Counted from the first letter of the stretch, positions 1 to 10,758 are shown. The stretch: DNA of 64,000 bases from Diplonema japonicum (GCA_964019335.1 OZ025726.1:1-64000), one strand, 5' to 3'. The notes: generated by a model not told the origin, from the sequence alone. A program made the numbers and translations.

Positions 1-3000
1 CCCGACCTTAGCGGCGCGTTGGGCCGACTGGGTCTCGTGGGAAGGTACCCTTTTTCTGGCGACCTTTTCCCCGCCCTCTACCCGGACATCGGGGTTGGAG
101 GTTTCTGGGGTACTGACCTCCGGAGAGAGGCGCCCCCCGCCTTCAGCCCCCAGCACGGGAGACTGCGACGGACGAGCGGGCGAAGGCTCTCTGTCCACAC
201 CGGAGGGGGCCGAATGTGCCTCCATCCCGTCCGACTCGCACAGGTCCGCGGCCATGGACACCACGGGCGCCTCCGGGAACCTCGCCTCTGGAGAGTAGAG
301 CCCTGCACCGCTCGCCCCCGGAATGGGAGATTGCGCCGTTTCGCCTTCCTCCTGCGGCGGCCTGCTACCCACGGCCAAGGGGGTCAGGGAAGGGGGCGGA
401 ACCGCTCCGAACAGCACGCGCATGCCAGCGGCCAGGCTCGATTCTCTTACGTCCAGCTGGCCGCGACCCTTCTTCACTTTTGGGGTCCGCTGGGCGGACT
501 GAGCCTCATTCGAGGGCACCCTCTTCCTCGCCAGACCCCTGTTCCCACTGACCTCCGGCGAATCAATCTCGAGGGGCTCGGGCGCGGTCCCGTCCTCCAC
601 CGCCGCTCCCGTCTGGATGGGGGGCTCATTAGCTTCACCTTCCGCCTGGGCAGGGGACTCCCCTCCTTCCTCCTGGATGTGGGACTCATCACCCTCCGAC
701 TGAGTAGGGGATTCGCTATCCTCCACCTGGATGCTGGATCCACTGCCCTCCGTCTGAGTGGGGGACTCACCCACCTCCGCCTGGGTGGGAGACCCAGCCT
801 CCTCCTCCTGGGCGGGGAGCTCCCGGACATGGGACTCACCACCCTCCGCCTGGATAGGGGGTTCGACGCCTTCCGACTGGATGGGGGACTCCTCCTCCCC
901 GTCCGCCTCGAAGAGAACCCGCGCCACGTAAACTTCGTCTGACTCTAGTTGGACTGGGAACCAGGGGCGGACCGCAGGCCCCCTGACGTCCAGCAACGCT
1001 GGGTGCCTCTGTACCTTGGGATCCCTCTGGGCGGACAGGGCCTCGTTGGACGGGACCCTCTTCCTCACCAGGCTTTCCCCGATGGCTCCCACAAGCGTCA
1101 CGGACGGTGTGTTCCCCGTGCTCCTGGCCTCCGGAGAGCCTGACTCACGGTCTCCCCCAAGCCTTGCCCTGTCCCCCTCCGACGAAGGGGGGCCTCGGGC
1201 AGCCCCTTCCAACACCGCCGCCACAATGGGGGAGTCGCACCCTCCTCCGAGCACCGACTGGGAGGCCCTTGGGGTTAGCACCGCCGCTCCCTGTGAGGGT
1301 TGTGTCGTCCCCAGGCCGCTTTCTCCCGCGGGTACAGGAGAGAAGACATCCGCCTCCAGGATCGCCATGATCTGCTCCCTAGAGAACGCGCCCAGCCCGG
1401 TCCGCTCCACCTCCTGGCTCACCGCCGCTGGCGGGCCTCCGGCTTCTGCCGCTTCCAGATCGGGGCTCCCTTCGTCCTCCCTCATCGGGCTGGCCGACCC
1501 GGGTGACTCCGAACCTCCCTCCCCTCCGGCGCTCTGCAACTCTGCGTCCCCTTCTCCGACCCCGGGGCCTTCGCTGCTGGACTCTGGGGCGGACGAGAGG
1601 ACTTCCTCCATCGAAGATGACGGTGAGGGCCCCCCCTCCCCTTCCTGCGGCCCCTGCCACGACATCTGGTCGTCCTCCCTTCCCGAGGGGGACGGAGAGA
1701 GGGGAAACTGGTGGTTGCTCGGTTCTCCACTTACCTCAGCCCGTCCCTCGAGCAGGAGTGGCCCCATAGGCTCATCCCCCTCTGATGCCTGTGGCGGGGT
1801 TAGGCCCCCCTCAACCTCCGTCTGGACCGTCCCCTGCGAGCCCTCCTCCTCCATTCCTTCGGGCAATACGGCTTGGATGGTGTTTTCTGTGCCAGTGTTC
1901 CCCTCTGATGCCTGCGGCGGAGTCAGGCCCCCCTCAACCTCCATCCGGTCCGTTCCCTGCGCGTCCTCCTCCTCCATTCCTTCAGGCAATGCGGCTTGGA
2001 TGGTGTTTTCTGTGCCAGTGTTGCCCTCCGAGGAGGAGTCGGAGGCGTCCGACTGAGACGTCCCCTCCATGGGTTCCCCACCCTCTATCGAATCACTCTT
2101 CTCCTCCTCCTCCTCCACGGACATGTCGGTCGGGCCCACCTCCTCCGCCGGGGTGGAGGTGTATCCCAGCGACGTCCCTCCGCCCTGCCCATCCCCGCTC
2201 TCTTCCGTGTCCTCCTCCATCAAGCCGGGCTCCTCCTCCTGAGGACTTCCCTCCCCCATGGACAAGTCGGCTGTTTCGTTTTCTTTAGAACCTGAGATGT
2301 CCACCCGCGGGGCAGCGGGGCCTGCCTGCGGGACCCACCCTTCTGCGAGCGAGCTCCCTGCCGTATCATCCTCCATCGCGTCGGGGCTGGAGACGTCTGG
2401 TAGCGGCACTGCCTCCCAGGGCTCCCTCACCTCCGTCGCGTCAGGGGTCCCCCCCTCCCCCGCGGGGGCCAAGTCCGTCCCTCCGACGACCGGGGGGGCG
2501 GCGGGGATGTCCGCCTGCGGAGCACCGCCCTCCAGCCCGTCCTCGCTTTCCACCTCCATCAAGCCGAAGTCCTCCCCCTGCAATGAGAGAGGGCCTGTCT
2601 GCAACTCCGCCTGCTCCTCTGGCATGTCCTCTGCCGGGTCCTCCTCCATCGCGCTGGGGCCATCCTGCGTCGTGCACACTTCCTCCTCTCCAGCGGGCAT
2701 GTCGGCTGATTCGGTTTTTGTCGTGCCTGACGCGTCCTCCGTCGAGGGTGGGGGGGCGCCCGCTGCCTGGGCTTCCTCGTCTCCTGGGCCATCGGGGGGG
2801 ATGTCTGGGGCCGGGGGTGGGTCGGGCGGTGCTTGTGTCTCTTTGATCGGGTGCCTCCTCCTCGTCTCCACTGCCACCTCTCTCATGAGGGCTACGCTCA
2901 GTTCCTCTGTCATGGTCCTATAGACCTCCGTCGCGTCCCGCTGCCTCTTCTTCGCCACCTCCGCCGCGATCCTCTTCAGCACCCTCCTGGCGTCGGTCCC

Positions 3001-6000
3001 GAACCCGCCAAACGTCTCCAGAGCACAGGGGGTGAACCGTATCCGGGCTCTCTCGCAGTCGCTCGCGTACTTCGCCCGCTTCGACTCCGCCTGTTTCTCC
3101 GCAGCCGCCCCCGGAACCGCCATTGCCGCCGCCAGGTGGGCGCTCGCACACGGGTGGACCACCGTCACGTCGATGGCCAGAGGGCCCTCGCCTTCCACCC
3201 CCATCGGGAGGTAAACGTCAGCAGGCTTCCTCCCGTCACCCAGGAGGCCTTGTTGCTCCTTCACCGCTTGCAACCCGCCGCTGTAGCAGTGCTTCACCAA
3301 CATGTCCCTCACCCTGTCGTGCCTCTTCGTCATGACCGCACCTCTCTTGCAAACCATGGCATGGTCGCCTAGTGCGTCGTTGTCCTCACCGCACATCGGG
3401 CACTTCCCCTCGGACCCGACTGCGGTGCCAAGGAGCCAGCTGGTCAGCGTCCTGAACTCATCGTTCTTTAGTTCGTTATTCAAGCCCGTGATCGCCGTCA
3501 GCCAAGCCCCTGCTTTGTGAACCTTCAGCGAGTTCAACCTGGCCTTGTCCCTACCACCCGGGGAGCTCCCGAACAGCGCACCCCAGGACTTCTCCTCGAG
3601 GATCTGCGACATCTTCCTCTGAGGGTACAGCCTCGGGGTGTTTCGCAGCAGGTCCACGGAGAGCCTATCAGGATCGTCGGCTGCGAGGTGGCCGTTGAAC
3701 CACTCGACCCCCCACTCCCAGCCACCCGCCAGTGAAGCGTCCCAGTCGTACCCCCCCAGGATCTCCGACGCCAGCTCCTGGGTCGCCGCCAGCGAGGCCA
3801 TGTTCGCCACTAGGGCGTGTTCGCTGCAGCTGCGAAGGCCCATCCCTCCCCTCCTCGTCGCAAGCTTCGCCTGGCTCCACTCCCTCTCCCCGAGCTCCCG
3901 GGCAAGAAGGTGCTCCATCGCCCCCTTCACCAGGCCGTCGAATTCCGTCAAGGGGCCCGCTAGCTGCGTGTGCGGTACCGTGCGCATGAGGTGGACCATC
4001 TTGCTGTACGAGCTGCAGTTCTTCACCAAGGCGTAGCCCGACTGGGTCCTCATCTTCTTCTGCATCTCGAAGGTCTTGCCCAGGGCCTCGAGCTTCTTTG
4101 CCAAGAAGGCCTTCGTGTACTCCGCGTCCCCTATGGGGGTCCCCAGGAGCTCGAAGTTCCCATCCGAGCTCATTTTCTCCTTGGAGAAACCGGAGAAGCC
4201 CCACTCTTCTGGGTCGGTCGGCTTCTCACCAGACACCCAGATCAACTCGCACTTCTGCGGCTTCACCTTCAGGCCTCGCTTCGCCGACTCCTCTACCACG
4301 ATGCGGTAGGCCTTCTCCACCTGTCCCCTCTCTCCGGCCAGGAACCCGTCATCGAGGTAGAAGAACTGGAGGTCCAGACTTGTATCCGCCCTTATCTTCT
4401 CCAGTACTGGCTGCAGCGCGAGGGAGAACAGCAACGGACCCACCGGGTCGCCCTGCTGGACCCCCTCCCTCGAGAGTAGCTCCGTCCCCTCGTGGAACAG
4501 CTTGGATGGGTGTCTGTAGCAAGATTCGGCCCACTTGTACCCCTTGGGAACCTTCGCGCACGCCTCCTTTAGCATCTCGTACCTGCTGATTGTGTTGAAG
4601 GCGTTTGCGTAGTCTATCTTGATCGCCACTCGGGATACGTCGTCCTGTTTCGCCTTCTCCACGTACTGCCTTGTCGCGTGGACAGCCGCCTCCATCCCCG
4701 CGGGGACCGCCACCCCGATCTGGCCCCCCTTCCTCAGGTAGGACTTGGCCACTTCCGCCCCTTCCTTGTCAAGGATTGCCTTCCCTACAAGTCGTCTCAG
4801 GCTCTCTCCTACGGCGATCGGACGGACTCCCCTGTCCGGTTTCCGCAGCGGAATCAAGCTCGCCCCTAGTAGCACCGGTGCCACCTCAGCCGGAGTCTGA
4901 CCTCTGGCCATGATATTGCACACCTCGGTGAGAGCCGCCAGGGCCCCTACTTCCGTCACCACGCCGTCCACCCCGTCCTTCAGGTGTTGGGCGCTCAACC
5001 CAGTCGGCCCAGCCGCTTTCCCCTTGTCAAAGTCCCGGACCATGCTCAGAACGTCGACGGCCGTGACGTCCTCGAAGGAGTCAGCCGGATTCAGTTCTAG
5101 CCCCGAGGGGTCAACCGATGCCTCAGGGTGGAGGCCCAGGAGCTTCTCGAAGGTCTCGGTGGAGTCCTCCGCCAACCCTCCCGCAGTTAGCGCTGCGTTG
5201 GCTCTGGAGAAGCGCCCATCCCTGCACAGCGTCTCCCCTCTCTTCAGCCTGGATTCGTCGTCTGGATCCTTCGAGACTCTCTTCTCCGATAGGGGGACTC
5301 CGTTCCACACCTGCTGGTACTCCCCTCTGATCCAGGCCTCCAACTTCTGCTTGGCGCTGCTCTCCCCGGACTTCCGACGTGCCTTTCCACCCCTGCGTCT
5401 GCCCAGGCAAGCCTTCGGAAGCATCAGGAGCAGCACCCACGACAGGTAGGAGTTCTCCTGCTTCACCCTCACCAGTGCCGTCTTCAGCGCCAGACTCCAC
5501 AACCCTTGGAGCGGGACGGGGATGTGCTTCATGAGGCCCACTTTCCGGGTGGCCACCTCCTCCAGAGAAGGAAGTGCGTCCCGGCTAGGGGCCGCCTTCA
5601 CATCCACGGGACCCCCAGGAGCGCTGTACCTGGCGATGCACCTGACGTGAGCCGCCTCCCGTTCGCCCACCACCGACCCACACACGCAGGTCTTGAGGCC
5701 AAGCTTCTTCAGCTCCTGCGGGAGTACCTCCTCGTCCAGCAGGTGGTCGTTCAAGTGGGACTTCAGCAGTTCCCACCCCAAGATCGCCGGGCCTCCCATG
5801 TGGGACGACCTCTCGCACCCCCTCACCGGGCACTGGAAACTCCTGACCTTGCTGTCCAGTCGTGGGGCATCCTTCATGTGGTGTCCGTTGGGCCTGATGG
5901 AGGACTCCGGCATCAGGAGGTGGGCGAGGTCCAGGATGGCGGGCCTGGTCCCCGAGGGGGCTAGCCTCGCCTCCACCGCCCAATCCACCAGGGTGGACTT

Positions 6001-8891
6001 TCCGCCCTCCGAGACCAACACAGGCCTGTAGTGGGATCCCGTGAAGCCAAGCACCACCGTATCCTCCGGTTCCCTTGCCTCCCCGAGCTTCAAGACCTGG
6101 GCGTCACCCCCGGTCACGACCACGACCGTCTTTTGCCAGACCTCCACCGCCGCCTGCAGACAAAGGTGGTCCCCCCACTCCCCTTGCTTTGCCATGTAGT
6201 GGATGTAGGCCTCAAAACCGATCGGATCCACAAAGCTCTCGAACCTGCCCCTGTTGTCCCTTATGTGGTTGACCACCCGACTCCTCACCTCTCCGTGTCG
6301 TTCCTTCTCCCCCAGCAGCACCACCGCCAGAGAGCGGAACAAGCAATCCCCTCCGCCCCCAGCATCCTCCTCCTTGGCACCCACCTCGTGCAGGATCGAC
6401 TCCCTGGTGACAGACGAGCCCGATATCCCACGGACGAGGCGGGAGGGCTCCTTCTCGGGCTTGGGCCGGCAATTCACGCACCGCTCCTTGTTCCCCGCCG
6501 TGAACAGCACGCTGCACCCTCCGCAGATCGCGAAACCCATCGCCTTCGCGTTCTCTGGCGTGAGCTCTCCGGCGTGGGTCTTCGACAGGTGGTACTGCAA
6601 GCCCGCCTTCGACGAGTGCTCTTTCTTACCCTTCTCACACAGCAGGCACTCCCACACTCCGTCGGTCCTTCGGGAAGCCCCGGCCGTGCTCCTACTGGTG
6701 GCGGGGGGGCCTCCGGCTGCGCCTGGGGGCGGAGGCGGGGGTGGGGGTTGGGAAAGCGTTGCTCCGCCTTTGAGCGAGGAGGCTTCTAAGGGGAGGGGGG
6801 GCACGGGGCTCCGATAGACCACCCTGGTATAGGGCCCCCAACGTCTCCTGGCCACCCACCTCTTCCTCGCAAGGTGTTTCCCGGCCCTCGACCTGATGGC
6901 CCTCCTGGCCATCGCAGCCCTCTCCTCCGCTTCCGCTATCCCGATGAGCCGGGCTGCAACAGCTGGAGGGGCGGGACCGCACCCCTTCTTCTTGCAGGCT
7001 TCCCTTTCCCTCCTCTTCTCGACCCTTCTCTGGCGGTGCAGCCTCCTCCGCTCCCTGTCAGCGATTTCCCTAGCCTTCTCCCTGGCCTGGGCCCTCTCCT
7101 CGCGGCGCCTTTGGAGGGTGGCCTCGCTACGGTGTCTCCTCCTCCGGCCCTTCGTCACCGTCTGCCTCGTCTTCCGGGGTCCCGGGGCCAACCAGGGTAC
7201 TCCCCCTCCATTCCTCCCCTGCGGGGCGCGCTCCGGCTTCCATCTTTCCTCCTGGGCCACCGCCCCCACCACCCCCTGGAGGGTGGTGGAAACGGGGGCC
7301 AGGACCCCCCTCCTGTTAGTGAGTGTGGGTGTGTTTTTTTGTTTATTTTCCACCCTCAAAAAAAGTCCCGGACCCATTCGGATCCGGGTGTAAAGGGGGG
7401 GTGACAATGGGGGGGCCGAAGGGGCGCTAACCTCTCTAGGGAGAGCACCCTTCTCTTTTTTCTTCTTATCCTCCTTCTGGGAGGAAACAAAGGGGGGGGA
7501 ATCCACTTGGGGGGGGTTTGCAAGGGGGGGATTTACAAGAGGGGGGACAGATAAACCATAAATAGAAGAAGCAGAGGAAGGGGCGCTACCCTCTCTCGGG
7601 AGTGCACCCTTCCCTTTTTTTTTTTTCTTATCCTCCTCCTGGGAGGGAACAAAGGGGGGGGGATCTACAAGGGGGGGGTTTACAAGGGGGGAATTTACAA
7701 GAGGGGGGACAGATAAACAAGAGAAAGAAGAAAAAGAAGAAGCGGAGGAAGGGGGGGAGTTTACAAGAGGGGAGACAGATAATCCAGAGATAGAAGAAGC
7801 AGAGGAAGGGGCGCTACCCTCTCTCGGGAGTGCACCCTTACCTATTTTTTTCTTGTCCTCCCCCTGGGAAGAAACAAAGGGGGGGGAATCTACAATGGGG
7901 GGGTTTACAAGGGGGGAATTTACAAGAGGGGGGACAGATAAACAAGAGAAAGAAGAACAAGAAGAAGCGGAGGAAGGGGGGGAAGGGGCGCCTCCCTCTC
8001 TCGGGGACACCTCCTTCGCACTCTCTTTCCTTCTCCCCACAAACACAGTTTTTTTTTTTTCTATTTCCTCCACAGAGGACACAGAGGGGGAGGGGAGGGG
8101 CACGGGGCAGCCAACCGTCCGCAGGGTGATCGACACCCTGGAGCCCGAAGAACACCCTTCGGGGATGTGGTGGGTCCATTCGTAGCGGGCCTACCCTCCA
8201 GAATGGCCCAGGTGAAGGGAGGCACCAGGTACTTCGATACCCTGGACCCCTTCTTCAGGACCATCGTGGTCTCTGCGCCGTACGAGAGGATGAGGACCAC
8301 TGGTCCCAACCTCACGTCGTCGGTGTGGTGGGCGATTCCACACCCAGGCTCGTATCGATTTACGAGCACCTGGTCTGGGGTGATCCCCAGCCCCGCTGCG
8401 GTGGCCACCTCCGCCACCCAACCCCTGGCCCCCTCTGGGATCGGGGTGGTGCGGCGCACTTTGGCACGGGCACCCACCCACCTGAAACCAAATTGGAGGG
8501 TTTCCCTCCCTTTGTTCCCCGAAATGGACTCCCACCCCCCCGAGAGCAAGGTCTCTGGGTGGGTGGGAGCTGGGCCTGTTCTTAAGCCCGGGGGGTGGTC
8601 CCCTCCCGTGAGCACCCACCCTCCTTCTTTCTTTTTTTCCCCCCTCTCAGTCTTCAGGCGGGTGGCGGTGGCGGCTGCGGAATCGGGAGCGGGCGCGCTG
8701 GCTGCGGGTGGTTCTATTTTTTTATGTTTTTTATTATTTTTTACGACATCTAGAGGGGATCTAAGGGGAGGGGAGGGGTCATACTGCCCGGCCAGATTTC
8801 GGTCTGGTCGGGTGGTCGGCTTGGTCGGCGTCTCTCGTAGGCGTTCCTCCTGCGGGCGGCGGTCTCCGACGACGTTTCGTCTAGGGTCCAT
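1..8891 (-). CDS. Retrotransposon polyprotein: AlkB - S/P repeats - C2H2/C4 zinc fingers - OTU protease - C2H2 - RT - CCHC/RLE - acidic tail (one frameshift near 8190; no stop inside the window)
   Basis: ATG at 8891 (track ORF 8061..8891) encodes the AlkB N-half. The adjacent frame is open from 8190 down to position 1: I translated much of it by hand, and the ORF track lists no terminated ORF in this frame. It carries the AlkB C-half, OTU, RT and RLE in one frame. Confidence 0.85.
600..900 (-). repeat. ~27-bp coding tandem repeat (ESP[I/T]Q[A/S]EG-like, about 11 copies)
   Basis: Recurrent ctccgcctggatgggggactc-like units, in frame with the polyprotein. Confidence 0.75.
1777..2027 (-). repeat. 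123-bp tandem duplication in the polyprotein tail
   Basis: cccctctgatgcctg..ggatggtgttttctgtgccagtgtt occurs twice with a 41-codon period. Confidence 0.85.
6015..6360 (-). CDS. OTU-family cysteine protease/deubiquitinase domain within the polyprotein
   Basis: GGGDCLFRSLAVVL (catalytic Cys codon 6343-6345), YIHYMAKQGEWGDHLCLQAA, and LGFTGSHYRPVL (catalytic His). Same frame as YLDD. Confidence 0.9.
7418..8010 (-). repeat. ~160-230-bp coding tandem repeats (about 3.2 units)
   Basis: Unit anchor gaaggggcgct(a)ccctctctcggga at ~7418, 7576, 7804 and 7981. It translates in frame as PREGSAPSSASS..LSVPPLVNxPLVNPPxVDSPPFVSSQxEDKKKK. Confidence 0.85.
8118..8510 (-). CDS. AlkB-like 2OG-Fe(II) dioxygenase domain within the polyprotein
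   Basis: RETLQFG...PDQVLVNRYEPGCGIAHHTD (HxD)...ILSYG...LEG/ARYEWTHHI (distal His)...RVSITLR (RxxxxxR). All canonical AlkB metal and 2OG ligands are present once the frameshift is bridged. Confidence 0.88.
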
Positions 8892-9032
8892 TTTTATTTT
8901 TTTTTTTTTTGTGTTGAGGGGGGAGGGGATCCTTTGCTAAACGGCAGGCGGGCCGGGCCGAAACAACCCCCCCAGACGACGACGAACGGACACCGAGCGG
9001 ACGCAGCAGGCACCAACAAAAACACAGACGAC

Positions 9033-9071
9033 CAATAAAGTACAGAAACTGTAGCTTTAGAATCGTTGGTT
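9033..9071 (-). ncRNA. SL: Spliced-leader (mini-exon) sequence, 39 nt, diplonemid-type
   Basis: Minus strand reads AACCAACGATTCTAAAGCTACAGTTTCTGTACTTTATTG followed by GT. The 3' part CAGTTTCTGTACTTTATTG is the conserved kinetoplastid/diplonemid SL end, and an AACC start is the Diplonema type. Confidence 0.93.
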
Positions 9072-9076
9072 TTTTT

Positions 9077-9290
9077 TAAAAAGGGGGACTTGAGAATGTT
9101 TTTTTTTTTTTTTTTCTTCAAAAGACACACAAGGCACGATAAATCTTAAGAGAAAATAAAAATATTCCAAAACAGACAATCAAGTTCCAACCTGGGAGGA
9201 AGGCATGGGTTTCTCTTTTTCTTTATGGGAGGGAGAGGGGAAGAAGAAGAAGCAACTCCAAATGATAAAAATTCAAAAATAAAAATCTCA
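9077..9290. repeat. ~212-bp direct repeat, copy 1
   Basis: Nearly identical to 10759-10969; differs in T-run length and one G/C substitution. Confidence 0.95.
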
Positions 9291-9791
9291 AAAAAGGCTT
9301 AAAAGAAGAAGAGGCAAATTCAAAAACATACTAGGGAGGAATGAGTGGGGCAGGGGGTAAAATTTAGGAGGGGGAAAGAGGGAGAATCAAAAAAGGGGAA
9401 AGGGGCAGAGTGGCCAATGTCCATGCGAAAAAGCATAGAGCGGGGGAAGAAGAAAATCAAAAACAGGAAAAACACATCACCACAAAAGAAAAAAGAAAAA
9501 AAAAAAAAAAAAAAAAAAAAACGTCGACCGAGATGGTTCCACTTCAAAAAGAAAAAGAAAAAGAAAAACAGAAAAATAAAAAAAAAAAAAAAAAAAAGGA
9601 AAAACAAAAAGAAAAAAAAAAAAAGGAAAAAAAAAAAAAAATCTAAGTGGTTCTATCTAGCCTGGCCGTTGTAGCACCTGTTCCCTATTCTTTTATTTTT
9701 CCCTTTTTTTTTTTTCTCAGAAAAAAAAAAAAAAGTTTCACATCTTCCTATGGCGGGGGGGGGGAGAACAGCCCCCCACACCCCCGCTGGC

Positions 9792-10748
9792 CTATCTGGC
9801 CAGCGAGCCTTTGGACCTCTTCTTGTGGGGTATGGGCCCCACCCGTGCCCTCCCCGACTCGAGCTGCAGCCAAGCCACCGCACTGTTCACCGGGGCCCAG
9901 TTCTCCTTGTTGCGCACCTTGACCGTGTCCCGCACCAGGTCGTCGCTCCCCAGCTCTTCCATCAACCTGTGCTCCGCCAAGAACTTGAACTGGGGCCCGG
10001 TCATCCCCTTGAGCTCACCCCTGCATATGTTGGCTTCGACCACGGTGCCATCCGCCCCCGTACCCTTCAGATAGATGTAGCCACCCTCCACACAATCCGA
10101 GTCAGTACTGGCCGATCGGGCCCGGGCCCGCTTCTTGTCCTTCTTGCTCCACTTCAGCTCTTCCAGGGTGGGGAGATCCGTGGCAACCACCTCAGGCCGC
10201 CTCTCCCTGTCTTCCTCCTTCTTCCGGGCCAACAGCCCAAGGTACCTCTCAAAGGAGACGTCCTCGAACAACCCCGGGACCGTCACCACCGCTGACTGCA
10301 GGTCGACCTCTTCAACACCCATCTTCCGCAGATGGTCCTGGACAGTGCGCCTCGTCTCCTTCTCGCAGGGCCCCCTCCCCTCGTAGACGTCGAGGGTGAC
10401 CTTCCTTCCATCCCTCACCCACGCCTTCACTTTGATCAGGTCCTTGACCTTTCCCACTGGGGCCCTTATCCTTGCGTCGCACCTCTCCAAGAACTCACGT
10501 AGTGTCACCTTGGTAGCGCCGGCTCCCGCCGCAATGCCCACTACCCCTTCCTTCCCCGGTGTCGGGTGGTGTCTGCACCCCCGGGTCTGCAACTTGACCA
10601 CCCTCCATGCCGTTTCCAGAGTCCCCTTGAGCACGCCACCCTTGAAACGAACAGGTTGCACCGCCGAACACCCACACGCGTACGTGATCTGGAAATCCTG
10701 GACCGTCCTCGGGAACTCGAACTCGCGGTATGTTTCCGACTTCTGCTG
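9792..10748 (-). CDS. Orphan GC-rich ORF lacking a 5' ATG (~320 codons); possibly a fragment of the retroelement
   Basis: Track ORF 9792..10661 extends upstream in frame (QQKSETYREFEFPRTVQDF...) to a tttattttctcag site next to the repeat. Composition resembles the element. Confidence 0.55.
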   Translation of the reverse strand, partial: QQKSETYREFEFPRTVQDFQITYACGCSAVQPVRFKGGVLKGTLETAWRVVKLQTRGCRHHPTPGKEGVVGIAAGAGATKVTLREFLERCDARIRAPVGKVKDLIKVKAWVRDGRKVTLDVYEGRGPCEKETRRTVQDHLRKMGVEEVDLQSAVVTVPGLFEDVSFERYLGLLARKKEEDRERRPEVVATDLPTLEELKWSKKDKKRARARSASTDSDCVEGGYIYLKGTGADGTVVEANICRGELKGMTGPQFKFLAEHRLMEELGSDDLVRDTVKVRNKENWAPVNSAVAWLQLESGRARVGPIPHKKRSKGSLAR

Positions 10749-10758
10749 AGAAAATAAA

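Larger units (their letters stand above)
1..9032 (-). mobile_element. CRE/SLACS-clade (RLE-type) non-LTR retrotransposon, cut off by the window edge at its 3' side
   Basis: Minus-strand translation gives RT motifs GVRPIAVGESLRRLVG (~4785-4832), KIDYANAFNTI (~4590-4620), GVQQGDP (~4445-4465) and FFYLDDG (YLDD at 4348-4359). These are followed by a CCHC knuckle (GKCPMC..GDHAMVC..RHD, ~3315-3410) and the RLE motif KPADVY..LAIDVTVVHP (~3150-3230). The region is visibly more GC-rich than the host genes and is bounded 5' by an SL exon. Confidence 0.95.

Noticed and set aside
19-7404. Many long plus-strand ORFs (19..942, 1016..2056, 2258..2923, 6031..6789 and others)
   Set aside because: They are antisense shadows of the GC-rich minus-strand polyprotein; Ser/Leu/Pro-rich with no motifs.
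7418-8010. CRISPR-like array
   Set aside because: Units are long, degenerate and coding, with no unique spacers; the context is eukaryotic with no cas genes.
8892-9071. A functional stand-alone SL RNA gene
   Set aside because: Only the exon and GT are recognisable; no clear Sm site or downstream T-tract, and no tandem SL units in the window.
9320-9740. Poly-Lys and poly-Phe ORFs here and in 43100-46900 and 51700-53470
   Set aside because: Translations of A/T homopolymer tracts in intergenic DNA.
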